Below, one piece after another: positions 55,718-64,000 of a stretch of 64,000 nt of DNA. The notes beneath the pieces are model-generated. The model was not told where the DNA came from and ran no database searches. It was given only the letters and a program-made list of their open reading frames with translations. This stretch comes from the human T2T-CHM13v2.0 reference genome, Homo sapiens. Position 1 is the stretch's first letter. Every line of letters starts with the position of its first letter. The translations under genes were made by a program, and so were the position numbers. Where the stretch lies: the NCBI RefSeq assembly GCF_009914755.1, contig NC_060931.1. The stretch is one strand, 5' to 3'.

Positions 55718-55909
55718 TAGTAGAGACAGGGTTTCGCCATGTTTCCCAGGCTGGTCTCAAACTCCTGGGCTCAAGCAATACACCTGCCTTGGCCTCCCAA
55801 GGTGCTGGGATTACAGGCTTGAGCCACTGAGCTCTGCCATCCTCCCTGCAATTAATCCTGTTAGAAAGAATGAAAACCATACTTGGCAATGGGGCTTTGG
55901 GCAACTAAC

Positions 55910-55975
55910 CTTCGATTTTCACCTCGGCTTCAGGGTCCTCATTTGGTTCTTCTGAAGGGACCAGCGGAGTGGAAT
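55910..55975 (-). pseudogene. GTF2IRD2P1: GTF2IRD2-copy 66-nt exon ([21 protein letters not shown])
   Basis: ttcaag|ATTCC...CGAAG|gttagt. Confidence 0.85.
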
Positions 55976-56525
55976 CTTGAAAAAAAAATGTCTAAAATGA
56001 CATTCATTATTAAGTATTCTCCTCATATTCCAACACATTAATGCTCCTATACCAAAAAAGTAGCTTATCCTGGCATTTTAAATATATTTCATATATAAAT
56101 AATATAAACATAATTTTAATTTTATAAGCAATAATAATAGGATAATAAACAGTAACTGGGCCGGGCACGGTGGCTCGCACCTGTAATCCCAGCACTTTTG
56201 GGAGGCCGAGGTGGGCGCATCACTTGAGGTCAGGAGTTGAAGACCAGCCTGGGCAACATGGTGAAACCCCAACTCTATTAAAAATACAAAAATTATCCAG
56301 GCGTGGTGGCGCACACCTCTAATCCCAGCTACTCAGGAGGCTGAGGAAGGAGAATTGCTTCAGCCCGGGAGGTGGAGGCTGCAGTGAGCCAAGGTCGCGA
56401 CACACTGCACTCCAGCCTGGGTGACAGGGTGAGATTCTGTCTCAAAAAAAAAAAAAAAAAACAGAATCATTTTGGTAGTCCATGTGTCACTATCTCTCTA
56501 AGGCAGATATTACAACTAAAAGTAA

Positions 56526-56940
<415 letters not shown>

Positions 56941-57382
56941 TAGGAATTTAGGCTTTATTCATATGATGCTCAAGATTTATATATGAATGGAGGGAAGTAT
57001 TATCAAATTTTACTTCTAATGCAAGGATTTCCTAAAATACTATTCGACTCTGTCCAAAAGAATTATGTCATGCCATCCAAAAGACAAAGCAAGAAACAGC
57101 ACCACTGCAAAGTTAACTTCCATATTCGGGTGCTTTAAGTAGAATCACTCACAGATCAGAAGCACAAGAAGTGATAGAGCCCTTCATGTTATATCTTAGG
57201 GCAAGAGCTCAACTATTCATAGTTTTCTGAGAAGACAGGCATGCCAGAAAGTCACCTTCCTTATTTTCCAACTTACATGTATAAAAGAGTATGTTCTCTG
57301 TAAAATACTATAAACTTTCAGGTGGGCATGGTGGCTTACGCCTGTAATCCCCGCACTATGGGAGGCAGAGGCGGACGGATCA

Positions 57383-57646
<264 letters not shown>

Positions 57647-57695
57647 CTATAAACTTTTCTTAAAAGAGAGAGAAAAAATGCTGCATTTTTCTAAC

Positions 57696-57752
57696 CTTCC
57701 ATTGGTAATTCCATTTCTATTACTTCATTGCTTGTGGAAGAAGGGTGGCTTC
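57696..57752 (-). pseudogene. GTF2IRD2P1: GTF2IRD2-copy 57-nt exon (SHPSSTSNEVIEMELPME)
   Basis: tttcag|GAAGC...GGAAG|gttaga. Confidence 0.85.
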
Positions 57753-57949
57753 CTGAAAGAAAAATAAATAATATATAACAAAGGAGAAATACAAAAATGT
57801 AAAAAGAAATCACTGAATACAATGCAAACAAGTCAATACCCACACAGGAATACACCTGAAATACTTCTACCCCTTGAAATAAAACTGGCTGCGCGTGGTA
57901 GCTCACGCCTGTAATCTCAGCACTCTGGGAGGTGGAGGCGGGCAGATCA

Positions 57950-58843
<894 letters not shown>

Positions 58844-58908
58844 TAGGTGGTGCAAAATCATGACAGTCGTGACAATTTATGACTTCTTTTTAAAAGCCTT
58901 ATGGGTCA

Positions 58909-59037
<129 letters not shown>

Positions 59038-59533
59038 TTAGCCAGGCGTGGTGGCACACGCCTGTAATCCCAGCTCCTTGGGAGGCTGAGGCACAAGAAT
59101 CATTTGAACCCAGGAGGCAGAGTTTGCAGTAAGTGGAAATAGTGCCACTGAACTCCAGCTTGGGCAACAGAGTGAGATTCTGTCTCAAAAAAAAAAAAGA
59201 GTATGTGGATTTAGCCCAGGCATGGTGGCTCACGCCTATAATCTCAGCACTTCTGGAGGCCAAGGCTGGAGGACTACTTAAGCCCAGGAGTTAGAGACCA
59301 GCTTGGGCAACAAGGTGAGACCTCATCTCTGTAAAAAAACAAACAAAAGAGTACATGGATTTAGGCTAAATAGAATCTATTTTATAACTGTAGGATTATT
59401 TACTCTAAATGGCAGCATGCTTGATCCTAGGTAAACACACATGGGTGCTCGCCAGTTTTTCAGACAGGTAGTAATTAAAATCTTCCATCCCAAATAACTT
59501 TTGGGGAAGAAAATTATTATCAAACAGTATTAC

Positions 59534-59611
59534 CTTGCATATTATATTGATAGTAATTAGGATCTTCTGATTCTTTCTTGACTGAGACAGCTTCTGCTTT
59601 CAGTGAAATGC
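59534..59611 (-). pseudogene. GTF2IRD2P1: GTF2IRD2-copy 78-nt exon (ISLKAEAVSVKKESEDPNYYQYNMQ)
   Basis: tccaag|GCATT...GCAAG|gtaata; homologous to the TFII-I EDPDYY tyrosine-motif exon. Confidence 0.85.
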
Positions 59612-59989
59612 CTTGGAATGTAATGGAAATGATAAAATTGTATGTTAGGTTAAGTTTGCCAACAAAGAAATACGACTAGCTAATATAAGTTGATTAATAC
59701 AGCAATGTTACAATCAGCAAAAGAACTTGTAGCTCACTCACTATGAACAAATTTGACCTCTTGATACAAAAATAGAAATACTATAAATTAAAATAATATA
59801 CATATAGAAAACATACATTTGTGTATTTATGTATGTTTATATAAAAATAATATCAATTGTAAAATCAATAGAAAAGGAAAGAAGGAAGGAGGGGACCGGG
59901 CACGGTGACTCACGCCTCCAATACCAGTACTTTGGGAGGCTGAGGCGGGCAGATCACTTGAGGTCAGGAGTTTGAGACCAACCTGGCTA

Positions 59990-60241
<252 letters not shown>

Positions 60242-60365
60242 TTAGTTCTGATTCTAGTCCTAGTTTTGGGAGATTTTCCCCTTCAGGGTGGCTGAATATC
60301 CACGTGCATTTACATGAAATGCTGTGAAGATTCTTCTGTCATGAAGCCTGAACTGACATATATAA

Positions 60366-60515
<150 letters not shown>

Positions 60516-60752
60516 TAATTTTTGTATTTTCAGTAAAGACGGGGTTTCACCATGTAGGCCGGGCTGGTCTCAAACTCCTGACCTCCGGTGATCCACCCAC
60601 CCACCTTGGTCTCTCATAGTGCTGGGATTACAGGCATAAGCCACCGTGCCCGGCTAGGCACTTATAATCTTAACTTACTCACTATAATGGAATGGATTTC
60701 AAAACCTGGAGAAGCTATATCAGTACAACCTAACGCCTTTATCAGAGAAGGG

Positions 60753-61787
<1,035 letters not shown>

Positions 61788-61941
61788 AAAATGTACATGT
61801 AATTTAACCATGAATGTTTGTAATAGCAAAACAAAAAAACTGTGGCATAGCTTGGGGTTCATTGTTTAACATAATTTATAAGTTCTGAGGGGTCGTCTGA
61901 AAACCTTTAACAGCTCTGTTGGTATAAGGACAGTGAAGCTA

Positions 61942-62394
<453 letters not shown>

Positions 62395-62433
62395 TTAGCC
62401 AGGTGTGACGGCGTGCACCTATGATTCCAGCTA

Positions 62434-62665
<232 letters not shown>

Positions 62666-62779
62666 CTACACACATATCACAAGAAATAAGGACCAATTGA
62701 GGACCAGCTCTCAGGAGCCTGCTGGCAGCTGGTAGCAATCCATATCGCTTTATAAAGTCTACAGTAGGAAGTTTTGTGA

Positions 62780-63335
<556 letters not shown>

Positions 63336-63497
63336 TGAAAACATCCAAGGCTAATATTGAGTGGGCAAGAGTTTGAGGCCTGTCACGTCAGAAACGAGAC
63401 CAAGATTCCACAGCTGACCTGTGCTCACAGCTGAATTGTGCTGAGCTGAAATACTGCGCCCGTTTCTTTCCATTCAACTTGTCTTGGTTTGACCTAG

Positions 63498-64000
<503 letters not shown>

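Overview
Human (primate) genomic DNA, extremely Alu-rich (roughly 90 Alu copies or fragments by eye), from block B of the 7q11.23 Williams-Beuren segmental duplications. It contains three gene copies. (1) The last six exons of a GTF2I (TFII-I) copy on + (655-~7497). (2) A complete 11-exon NCF1/p47phox copy on + (~20838-36155). It carries the diagnostic pseudogene haplotype: GT deletion at the start of exon 2, T at -122 of exon 2, a 20-bp duplication in intron 2, plus His90/Gly99/Val308. (3) The 3' eight exons of a GTF2IRD2 copy on - (59611 to ~42960), ending in a domesticated hAT/Charlie8 transposase exon whose usual stop codon reads CGA here. The best-fitting identity is the centromeric copy GTF2IP4-NCF1B-GTF2IRD2P1. 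That paralog assignment rests on recalled diagnostic differences, not an alignment. This is a well-studied locus and I see no wholly new gene system. The most interesting observations are: stop-free cryptic 3' splice sites that would restore the p47phox frame only on deltaGT alleles; a patchwork templated insertion next to the diagnostic 20-bp duplication; an 18-bp TGACCA minisatellite in the L2-derived upstream promoter; a stop-loss in an otherwise intact transposase-derived ORF; and unusually long Alu target-site duplications, one of them palindromic. Nearly all other ORFs in the track are Alu translations.
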